Source: Thecamonas trahens ATCC 50062
Taxonomy: Eukaryota; Protista; Apusomonadida
Length of the DNA stretch: 64,000 bases
Direction of reading: 5' to 3'
NCBI RefSeq assembly: GCF_000142905.1
Contig: NW_013657629.1
Location: 222,274-286,273, forward strand
Position numbers and translations under genes: made by a program. The number at the start of each line of letters is the position of its first letter. Position 1 is the first letter of the stretch. Under the pieces are notes generated by a model. That model had not been told where the DNA came from. It was given only the letters and a program-made list of their open reading frames with translations, and made no database searches. This document shows, piece by piece, positions 9,885-18,979 of this stretch.

Positions 9885-12649
9885 ATGGATCCCGGCTTCG
9901 AATTCCATTCCTGGGCCCATCTCGCCGATCTTCTCCAACTCTCGCGTCGTACCTATGCCGACTTCCGCTCGCCGGCCACCGCTGACTCCCTCTCTGCCTT
10001 CGGACTCTCCATCGCCACCGATGCCTCGTCCACTACCCACGCCCTGGCCCTCCCTGTCGCCTCGCCGCTCTCGCCGATCTACATGCGTGACAACATCGGT
10101 TCGGCTAGCAGGCTCGTGGCCGCCGTTATCGACCGCCATCTGCCAGCCACCTTGAGACCGCCGCACGCATCGGTCTTTCTCACCAACGCCCATCCTCTCG
10201 ACGTCTTCCTCGCCAAAGCCGCCATCCTCCTCCGCCATGACCTTCTCGATCTCACCACCATCGCCTCGGCTGCCGAAGCAATCTTCCTTGCGCCAGGTGT
10301 CTTTGCCCTCGTCGTTGCCCCGCTCCTCGACCCGCCCCTCGCCCACAGCCTTCACCTCGTCCTCGCCCGCCTCGGTGCTACTCCCTCGCCCCATGCCCTC
10401 GCTGCTGCGCTCAACCTGTCTGACGTCGTGCCCTCTCCGCCACGCCCGCCGTCCTCGCCACACAGCCTCGCCTCCGCCGCAGAGTGCCTCCCGGACGACT
10501 GCCTGCTCGCCCGCTGGGGCTTGCGCGAGCTGGCGACCGGTCTCGTCGCCCGACTGGAGCATACCGACATGACGGGCGATGCTGATGATGTTGCTGTCGC
10601 TTGGCTGACGCATCTGCTGGCCACCGCCTACGCCGAGGAGCCCACACTCATCATGGCGAGCAGGCTGTTCGAGGCTGCCGCCGACGAGATCATGGCCATC
10701 CTTGCCATGCTCCCGGCGCCGATCTTCACCCCGCTCGAGCTTGCAGCTGCTATCGTGTCCGTACCGGCTGCGCGCTATCCAGACCTACTCTCGTCCCACT
10801 CACAGGCCTTTCTCTACTCGGGCGGGATGGACGCCATCACTGCGGCGCTCGCTGCCGCACTTGCCGCTTTTCCGAACTCGCCACACGCGGTCATCCGCCT
10901 CGATCCCGATCGCGACTACATGGAGACTGCGTACGTGACCACTGACATGGAAGTGGCGCCGCCGTGCGAGGCTACCACAACCCTCATTGCACTTCTCACC
11001 CTCAATCCGTCGGCGCCGGCCGGCGACCTCGATCCGGCGATCATCGCCGATGCGCTTGCCGCCGCTCGCCGCGCCGCGCCGCGCCTCCTCCGCATCTTCC
11101 TCGTCATTGACATCACCATCGAAACACCGGCGCTGATGCTTCCGCGCGTGGTATGCGCCCTTGATCTAGGCGGCACACAGTGTCATCTTCTCCTCTGCAA
11201 GTCGTATGTCAAGTACGCTTCGCTCGGCCTCGCCAAGTCGATGGCCGGCTCGGTTGTCGCCACCTCCCTCACCTCGAGTACTCTCCCGCCTCAGCTCTGC
11301 GAGCTGCTTGCAGCGTGGCAGGCCGATGCCTCGCTACCGGAGCACGGCCTCCTTGGCCTGCTCCTCTCGTACGCCTCCCATCGCGAGCTCGAGCTTGTCG
11401 ACTCGGCCGCTGCCGGCGCGGCCGCGGTCGCATTGTCTCTACTTCCAGTCTATCGTGAGGTCGCAGGCGGAGAAGCTTTTGTGAGCGGCCTTCCGTTCAT
11501 TCTCAAGGCCAAGAGCGCAGCGCGATGGGTCCTCTTTCCCACACGCGCCATGGCTCTGGCCACGCGCCGACCGTCGATCTCGCTGCCCTCACCGCCAAGC
11601 TCGCCTTTGAGGATCGTGACTCGTTCTCCTCGCTCTCATCAGCCACCCTCTCGATGACCTCGCAGTTCCGATTCAACGTCGGCCAAGAGTCTGACGACGA
11701 GCTTGTCCTCCGCTACGCTGCACTTGGTATTGTCTGCCGACCGCAGCTTCCGGGCGCCCGCCCGCAGGAGATCACTCTCACCGCTGCGCTACACGCCGCC
11801 GCTGCCGCAATCGACGACGGCAACCCGCTCATCGCGCTCTCGCTCTACAACTTTATCTTTGCCCATCACCCAGGCCTCCCGCGCCATGTCCTTCCCGAGC
11901 TCACCCACGGTCTCGCTGCTGCCTTTGACATCCTTTCGGCCGAGGCTCTCCGATTCGAGGCCGTCCACGCTGTCGTCCTAGGCTGGCTCGCGAACATCGC
12001 TGTTGCTAGCGAGTCGCTGCCGCGCCCACCACCTGCTGCCATCGTCGCCCTCCCACTGCATCGCGTCTTCAATTCGCTCGTGATGGCGGTGGAAACCAGC
12101 GCGGCGTGCGCTGCGCTGGCAACAGAGCTCACACCGCTAGTGCCCATTCCGCAATCCATCGCCTCGGCCATGCTTGATGCCCTCACTAGTCACCATCGGC
12201 ATGCAGACGGAGTGCTCGGCGCCCGGGCCCGTCTTGTCGCCCAGCTGGCGGACATGCCAGACGGCGCACTGCCGCCCCCGCTCGTAGACGCCATCCGCGC
12301 TTCCGAGGCCGCCGCTGCCGCCAAAGCCACTGCTGCTGCCGTTGCCACGGCAGCAATCCACCGCGTGCTTGACGCCGCGCTTGGCGAGGTAGCGAGCGAT
12401 GCTCCCAAGGCTGCCGTCGCCAAAGCCGTGGCGGTTGCAGTGACGCAGCTCGAGGAGCTTCACGAGCTGGGCTGCGTGCCGCAGCCAGCAATCGTGGCCA
12501 AAGCAGCGGCAAGCCATCCCGCCGTCCAGCGACTGCGGCTCGACGACCCGCAGCTGGCGAGCATGTGGACTGCGCGGCGACCGGAGGTGTTTGTGGCAGC
12601 CCGGATTGCAAAGTCATGGGCGCGGGCAGAGGCACATACGCAATCATGA
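9885..12649 (+). CDS. Uncharacterised protein with a PLP-dependent (Cys/Met metabolism-like, fold type I) domain; frameshift at ~11535-11540
   Basis: Motifs in order: YSGGMDAITAAL, DYMET, LLTLNP, FLVIDITIE, KSYVKY (candidate PLP lysine), then RFNVGQE in the second ORF. ORFs 9885..11657 and 11525..12649 join with +1 C. Confidence 0.55.
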
Positions 12650-15600
12650 CGAGCCCGACAACAGCTGCGCCTGCATGTCCCAGTCGATGCCCGAGAGGGT
12701 GTAGTAGAGAACCAGCCGCGAAGCGTCGCCGGCAGCCTCAATCTTGCCGGCCGCGAGTGCGGCCGCTACGTCTGCAGCAGCTGCGGCAGCAGAGGCGGCA
12801 GCGGCGGCGGCAGCCTCAGCCTCCTCGTCGATCTGGACAGCTCGGCCAAAGTGAAGGAGGAGCATGTTCTCGACAAGCTTGACTCGGCGGCCGGTGGCGA
12901 ACCTCTGGAGGAGGACCGGTGAAACGCCGAGTCGCTTGGCGAGCTCATTGCGGTCCGGGACGCGGACCAGCTGCTCGCGGAGCCAGTTACAGAGCTCGTC
13001 CGAGAGCTTGGCCACCGACGGCTCCTGGCCGCCTGGCAGGTCGCGGGCATCAAACTCGTCGAGGACCAGCTCGCGGACTGCCTCGCCACCCCCGTACATG
13101 GCAAGGAGCGCGCCCTCAACTTTGCGCGACCGCCCGCCGGAGCGGAACGAGTTGAGCAGCGTCTCGGTTACGCCCAGGCGCCGGGCCTGGACCGCAAACA
13201 GCGCGCCCTGCCGCAGCGAGGCCTCTGCCCGGGCCCGCAGCCACGCGACCAGCTCGGTGTGGAGCTCATGCCCTCCGTGCGCCGCCGCGAGGGTGTACCG
13301 CTCGTCGGCAGGGTACAGCAGTTGCAGAATGCGGTTGGCGTCAGCGCAAAAGGCAGTAAAGGCACGGAAGAGCTCCCACAGCGCCTGGTCTGGCTGCATC
13401 GGATTGCCGGACCACCAAAACCCGTCGTCGGCCTCGTAGAGGACGGCCACGCCCGAGACGTGCAGATACGTTCGTGACATGGTGCCGGTCTCGGGCTCGC
13501 GCTGGACGTTGTCAAGGAGAAACTCAAAGCGGGCAAGTACCGTAGCCTTGACCAGCGGCAGCAGGTGCGGCTGATCGGCGACAAGCGTCGGGTCAAGCCC
13601 GATGTGGGTCCGCGCCCGCCAGATCGGCGTCCGCTCACGACCGCGCGAGCCGACCGGGACCTGGACGAGAGAAAACCCACACTGTCGCGCACGGCGAGTG
13701 CACGAGGTGAGAAACTCGCGGATGGAGACGCCCGACGCAACCAGCCACTGCAGCTCCATGTGCCAGACCTTGGACGGCCAGTACGCGCCCTCGTACTCGA
13801 TCTTAAGCCACTCGGGCCGGCCGGTTGAGTCGAGCGCATCGAGGTCGACGAGCCGGAACGCCGGCGAGGCGGCCATGTCAGCCTCGTCGGCGGCCGACGG
13901 AAAGTAATTGGCAAGGAGCTCCGGGACGTCAATGTCACCGTTGGGTAGGGCCACAGTCGACGGCTCGGGCAAGACCCGGAGCTGCGCAAGCTCCGCCAGC
14001 GGCTTTGCCGGGCCGGCCACCGCCCAGCTGTACGAACTTGATGCGGCGTCCGTGACGGCAGCGGTGGCAACAGTGCCCGACGCAGCTGCGGCGTGAACGG
14101 CACCACGCAGCGGCTCGAGCCAGCCGCGGTCGACAAAGACGGCTGCCAGCGCCGCAGCATCCAGCCGCGCGTCGAGGCACATGTTAGTCTTGAGCGTGGT
14201 GATCACACTCGCACCCGAGATGGCGATGTCGCCGGCAGCATTGGCGAGGCACGCCGCCACGTGCGAGAGCAAGCCCCAGTAGTACGCTGAAATGGTGTCC
14301 GGGACTGATTCGACGCGGGTGGTGGCGGCGACGTGGGAGACCCGGTGGGCGACAGCGTGGAGGACTTCGCCGCACGCGTCGCGCATGGCTACGTACTCGC
14401 CGAGCGCCGCGCCAAACTCGCCGACCCCGCAGGTGAACTTGAGGTATGGGTAGAGGAGTGAGATGCGGAAGCCGGTGGTGATGTCTTCGCCTGAGCGTGG
14501 CGCGGTAGCGGTTGAGCCCGAGCGGTGACGGCCGCGGGAGCGGCCGCGGTAGACGCCGACGGCGGCGCCGGAGACCGACGGCGCGACGCGGACGGCGAGC
14601 GCGGTCTGCTGCTCCGACCGGGCGGTCCGCACAATGTTGGAGACAAACTTGGAAAAGGCGCCGGCGGCGGTCTCGGGATCGCGGGCCGAGTCGAGGTCTG
14701 GGACAAGGGCGAGGCGGACGCGCCACCAGGCGAGCGGCGTGACCTGCGGTTGGCTCGGCTCAAGCATGCCGGAAACCATGTTGTCCTGCGCGTTCCAGTC
14801 GTACTCGGAGAGAAGGTGCGGCGTGAGCTCGACTCGGCTGACGACGTACGCGTCTGAGAGCAGAGTCCAGGTGTAGTACTCGTAGTCGAAGCGCATCGAC
14901 TTGAGGTAGTCTGAGTCGGGCGGGAGGCCGTGGATGGTGACCTGGATGGTCTCGTTGTCGCCCTCGGTGATTTCGTGATACGTCTGGCCGATCGACATCT
15001 TGACGGTGGCCGAGCCGCCGCCGTCGGCGCCGGGCTCGGGCGAGGCGAGGAGCTTGCGGGCCTGCCGCCGCGACGACGCAGTGAGCCGGCGCGACGAAAT
15101 GCGCGAGGTGGTTCTTGCAGGGATCTTAGGCGGCGAGTTGGATGCTGCGCCGCGACCGGCGAGCCACGGAAAGAGTGCCGTGTGCGCCGACTTGGTGGCT
15201 TCAGCAGCGTCGGGAACGTAGAGCTGGAAGCCCTGTGCGAGCCGCTGTGAGACTAGCTCCTTCATCATGGCGCTCATAGCGGCGTACTTGACGTCGTCAA
15301 GGTCGGGTGTGACCGAGTGCGGGCGCTGCTGGAAGCCGCGCTGACGCAGCTCCGACGAGTCGGGGTAAAAGTCGGTGGTGAGCGGGAGGAGCGCTGGCGA
15401 GCAGAGCGAGAGCCAGTTGGGGCCCGATGGGGTAAACGAGGCACAACCCGAGGTTTGCGCCACCACCTGGGCCGACGCCGGCGCGATGTGGGTCCATCGC
15501 CGGCGTGACGCGTTGCGGCCTTGCTGGGTGAGCGGCTTGAACGGGTTGTCGGCGTCGTAGACGCGGGCTGCTGTCGAGCCTGGTTTGCGCGCTGGCCCCG

Positions 15601-17938
15601 CTGCGGCGGCACCGGCATCACTCGATCCGCCGCCGGTCGACGACGCACCAGAGGCGGCACCTCCGAGACCGGCTGCGGTTGGGATGAGCAGCGAGTGCTC
15701 CGAGGGCGACGAGGCAACCGAGAACTGGTCGGAGCGCCCGTCGTCAGACTCGGACGGCGAAAAGTAGCGCGGCGAGTGGCCGCCTGGCGAGCGCGGCGAG
15801 CGGCCGGCCACAAAGAGCGTGCGGTCACGGATCGGGACCGAGGTGCCCGAGTAGGTCCTAGCTCTCGCGGCGCGTGACGGTGAAATGGTCAAGGAGCGAC
15901 CGACAACGGAGCGGTCGTCGCGGGAGTGTGCGCGGGCATGGCCACGCCCGCGCGACGGGCCAGGGACTGAGCAGCCAAAGACAGCAGCATCAAACGAGGC
16001 AAACGAGGCAAGGACGTCAGGCTCGTGGACGCGTGAGTCGCGCGGGCGACGGAGATTGAACGAGTGGTGGGCAAAGGAGGATGCGGCGGCGGAGGCGGCA
16101 GCGGCGGCCTCGGGTGACTCCCACTGGCCGACGGAGGAGCCAACAGAGGAGCCGAGAAGAACGTCGCCAGAGATGTTGGACTCCCCGGAAAAGGGAAGGC
16201 GGGCGTTGATGACGCGGGTGGAGAGGTGGGTCATGGCGAGGGTACGGAGCGAGGAGGCAAGGTGGCCACCAAGTGAGCTGTGGCCACGGAGCGAGGGATC
16301 GACGACCGGGTTCGGCCCGACAGCCGGGGCTGTGGCGTGCGGGAGACGCTGGAGCGGGCGGACCCTGCCGGGTGCTGCGTCGATTTCAAAGAACGAGACA
16401 GCAAGCCAGTACGGAGCCTTGGCGCGGAGCTTGCCGTGGAGCACGTCGGGCTCTTCGAGGAGGAAGAGCGGAACAGCGTGGAGTGGCGGTGGGGCGAGGC
16501 AGAGGATTTCAGCGCCGACGCCGTTGTCGATCATGCGGTGCTTAGTGAGGAGTGCGAGCGAGTTGTCGACAGAGAAGACGGCGGTGCCCGGCGAGACAAT
16601 GATGATGGACTGTCCGGTGCGGACCATGTTGCGGTCGACGTTGTGCTGGTCAAAGACGTTGAGGCAGAGGTTGATGGCCTCGAGGATGTTGCCCTCGCGG
16701 GCAAGCGAGATGAAGGAGCGCGGCGACGAGAGAGCGGCCTCAAGGACGGCGGCGGCGGCCGGGGAGTCGGCAGCGTGCTTGCGAATGAGAAAGAGGCGGG
16801 CCGAGGCGACAAAGGAGCAGAACTCAGCCTTGAGACGGACAATGAGCGAGTCCCACGAGGAGCGGGTCTCGGTGTCGACGAGGAGCTTGTAGACGTCAAA
16901 GTGCGGGGCGAGCGGCGGGGCGCCGAGCGCGTCTGCGACGTTGTCGGTGTGCAGGCGGGCAAAGAGTACGATGGAGACAGCGTGCTGGCAGCCTTCGGCG
17001 ACCCAGCGGGTGCAGAGCTCCTCAAGGAAGCGAGTGGCTTTTTCAAAGAGCAAATCGCCCGAGGTCGGGTGCCACTCCCACATCTCGGCAGCCATCTGGA
17101 CGAGGATGAACACCTGGGCCGAGTACGAGCGGACAGTAAACTTGGTCTTGTGCGTGACAACGCCTGAGAGCACGCTCGCGCCACCGCGGATCATAGAGCG
17201 GACGGAGACGGTAATGCCGACGCAAGTGAGCGACTTGCCGGTGTAGACGCACGGGGCGTCGCGGGCCATGGCGCCCATGAACCGCCACATGTCGGATCGC
17301 CCGATGTACTGCGACTTGAAGGTGACTTCGACGTGGTCGACCTGGACCCGGTCGAGCTCGTTCGAGCTGAGCTTGGTGATGCGGACCTGCTGCCGGTCGC
17401 GGAGGCCAAAGGCGCTTGCAACTGCGCGACTCACCGAGATCCGCAGGTTCGACCGCTTGGTGAGACCAGCCGCGGTCGGCCGGATCGAGTGGTACAGGAC
17501 CTGCGCGCCGGCGGCGGCATCATCATCACTAGTCGCACCGGCATGGGCGCCTTCTTCCGGCGAGCCATCACCATCCTGCTTGACACCTGCCACCGAGCTG
17601 CGGCGAGAGGAGGGAAACGAGGCTGTGTCGGGGTCAGCGCCGTTGCCCGACGGGCTGGTAGCAGCAGCATGCTCTGTGTTGGCGGCATCGTCGGTGGCTT
17701 CAACCGATGCGATGGCAACCATGTCCCCAGGACCAAAGCCGGCCAAGTGGTTGAGGTTGACCACCACATCAGCGCCTTCGTACTCGCTCTGCTTGTGGAC
17801 CCAGAGCGTGACGGTGACAGGGCGGACAGACTTGGCCACAGAGCCGGCTGCTGCTGTCGGAGAAGCGCCTTGGTTGGCCGTGGTTGAGCTCGAGCTTGCA
17901 GCTGCTGCAGGTGCGCGTGTGCGGTAGAACCGCACCAT
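12644..17938 (-). CDS. DEPDC5: DEPDC5/IML1 (GATOR1/SEACIT subunit)
   Basis: VEVTFKSQYIGRSDMWRF, SAQVFILVQMAAEMWEW, GNILEAINLCLN, RTGQSIIIVSPG, NWLSLCSPALLPLTTDFYP, ELVSQRLAQGFQL and WHMELQWLVASG are IML1 hallmarks in an intronless 1764-aa ORF. Confidence 0.95.
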   Translation of the reverse strand: MVRFYRTRAPAAAASSSSTTANQGASPTAAAGSVAKSVRPVTVTLWVHKQSEYEGADVVVNLNHLAGFGPGDMVAIASVEATDDAANTEHAAATSPSGNGADPDTASFPSSRRSSVAGVKQDGDGSPEEGAHAGATSDDDAAAGAQVLYHSIRPTAAGLTKRSNLRISVSRAVASAFGLRDRQQVRITKLSSNELDRVQVDHVEVTFKSQYIGRSDMWRFMGAMARDAPCVYTGKSLTCVGITVSVRSMIRGGASVLSGVVTHKTKFTVRSYSAQVFILVQMAAEMWEWHPTSGDLLFEKATRFLEELCTRWVAEGCQHAVSIVLFARLHTDNVADALGAPPLAPHFDVYKLLVDTETRSSWDSLIVRLKAEFCSFVASARLFLIRKHAADSPAAAAVLEAALSSPRSFISLAREGNILEAINLCLNVFDQHNVDRNMVRTGQSIIIVSPGTAVFSVDNSLALLTKHRMIDNGVGAEILCLAPPPLHAVPLFLLEEPDVLHGKLRAKAPYWLAVSFFEIDAAPGRVRPLQRLPHATAPAVGPNPVVDPSLRGHSSLGGHLASSLRTLAMTHLSTRVINARLPFSGESNISGDVLLGSSVGSSVGQWESPEAAAAASAAASSFAHHSFNLRRPRDSRVHEPDVLASFASFDAAVFGCSVPGPSRGRGHARAHSRDDRSVVGRSLTISPSRAARARTYSGTSVPIRDRTLFVAGRSPRSPGGHSPRYFSPSESDDGRSDQFSVASSPSEHSLLIPTAAGLGGAASGASSTGGGSSDAGAAAAGPARKPGSTAARVYDADNPFKPLTQQGRNASRRRWTHIAPASAQVVAQTSGCASFTPSGPNWLSLCSPALLPLTTDFYPDSSELRQRGFQQRPHSVTPDLDDVKYAAMSAMMKELVSQRLAQGFQLYVPDAAEATKSAHTALFPWLAGRGAASNSPPKIPARTTSRISSRRLTASSRRQARKLLASPEPGADGGGSATVKMSIGQTYHEITEGDNETIQVTIHGLPPDSDYLKSMRFDYEYYTWTLLSDAYVVSRVELTPHLLSEYDWNAQDNMVSGMLEPSQPQVTPLAWWRVRLALVPDLDSARDPETAAGAFSKFVSNIVRTARSEQQTALAVRVAPSVSGAAVGVYRGRSRGRHRSGSTATAPRSGEDITTGFRISLLYPYLKFTCGVGEFGAALGEYVAMRDACGEVLHAVAHRVSHVAATTRVESVPDTISAYYWGLLSHVAACLANAAGDIAISGASVITTLKTNMCLDARLDAAALAAVFVDRGWLEPLRGAVHAAAASGTVATAAVTDAASSSYSWAVAGPAKPLAELAQLRVLPEPSTVALPNGDIDVPELLANYFPSAADEADMAASPAFRLVDLDALDSTGRPEWLKIEYEGAYWPSKVWHMELQWLVASGVSIREFLTSCTRRARQCGFSLVQVPVGSRGRERTPIWRARTHIGLDPTLVADQPHLLPLVKATVLARFEFLLDNVQREPETGTMSRTYLHVSGVAVLYEADDGFWWSGNPMQPDQALWELFRAFTAFCADANRILQLLYPADERYTLAAAHGGHELHTELVAWLRARAEASLRQGALFAVQARRLGVTETLLNSFRSGGRSRKVEGALLAMYGGGEAVRELVLDEFDARDLPGGQEPSVAKLSDELCNWLREQLVRVPDRNELAKRLGVSPVLLQRFATGRRVKLVENMLLLHFGRAVQIDEEAEAAAAAAASAAAAAADVAAALAAGKIEAAGDASRLVLYYTLSGIDWDMQAQLLSGSS

Positions 17939-18268
17939 GGCCGAAGTTGTGGTGGGGGGGGGGAAGAGGGGTGCTGGCTGTCTTGCCCGAGCCGGAGTCA
18001 GAGCCCGGACTTGGGCTTGCGAGGGGCGGTCACCATGCGAGGTGGCTCATCGATCGCTGATAGATGAGGCTCGTTTGTTTCAATCGGGGAAAGCTAGAGG
18101 GGGGAAATAGAGCCGTAGATGGCTGGGTGGCTGGCTTGGTGGCTGGCTGGCCGCCTACCTGCTGAGAGAGCGGCAGGTGTGGCTTCCCAGTGTGTTGAAA
18201 GCCACGAGCGGCAGGTAGTAGGATGCCACCGCGAGTCAAGGATGCGTCTAGAGGGAGGGCGGTGAGGC

Positions 18269-18679
18269 CTACGCCGACTTGGCCTTGGCATCGGCATCGG
18301 TGCAGCCGTTGTGCATGGAGATGAGCCAAGGGGTGTAGGAGGTGGCCATGACGAAAAAGACGCCGTAGACGGCGAGCGGGACCGAGGCGAAGCCGGCAGC
18401 AGCGATCTGCGGATAAGCGATGAGGACAAGGAAGATGGTCTTGTAGACAACCTGCATGAGGACAAGAGCCTTGCATGCGTGCGGAGCGTAGAGGCCGATG
18501 AAGGAGACGATGAGGACGGCTGTCCACATGGCGGCAAGGAGTGCGGCAAAGTTGTCGGACCACGTCCCAAACTTGCCCTCGAACAGGTGCTCCTCGGCAA
18601 GGCCGGTCCACAGCAGGGCACAGACTGGGAGCAGGACAACAATGTTGAGGATGTACGGGTAGCGTTCAATAAGAGCCAT
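18269..18679 (-). CDS. Small multi-pass membrane protein (~136 aa, ~4 TM)
   Basis: Four hydrophobic segments; LMQVVYKTIFLV motif; typical GC3 codon usage; ATG at 18679. Confidence 0.6.
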   Translation of the reverse strand: MALIERYPYILNIVVLLPVCALLWTGLAEEHLFEGKFGTWSDNFAALLAAMWTAVLIVSFIGLYAPHACKALVLMQVVYKTIFLVLIAYPQIAAAGFASVPLAVYGVFFVMATSYTPWLISMHNGCTDADAKAKSA

Positions 18680-18806
18680 CGTTGCCTGTAATAAGCGTGC
18701 CGTGTGCAGAGTTGCAAAGTGTACGGTATGGCCCACGCGTGCGTTGGCCACGTCCTACCAATCAAAAGAGTACGTCAATGGCCACAATGCGGGCCCACAA
18801 GCCAAA

Positions 18807-18866
18807 GATCAATGGCCACGCCATGTTGATCAATGGCACGCCATGTTGATCAATGGCCACACCGTG
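18807..18866. repeat. Three imperfect ~21-bp direct repeats (GATCAATGGCCACGCCATGTT) in a divergent intergenic region
   Basis: Visible directly; a related TCAATGGCCAC occurs at ~18775. Confidence 0.8.
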
Positions 18867-18979
18867 TCTCCAACCACCAACCAACCAACCGCCAACCAAC
18901 CACCGGCCACCCACCACAAGCCCACCACCTTTCACCTCTGCCAACACTCCGCTCCCACCCCCGGACAGCGAGTGCAGGT

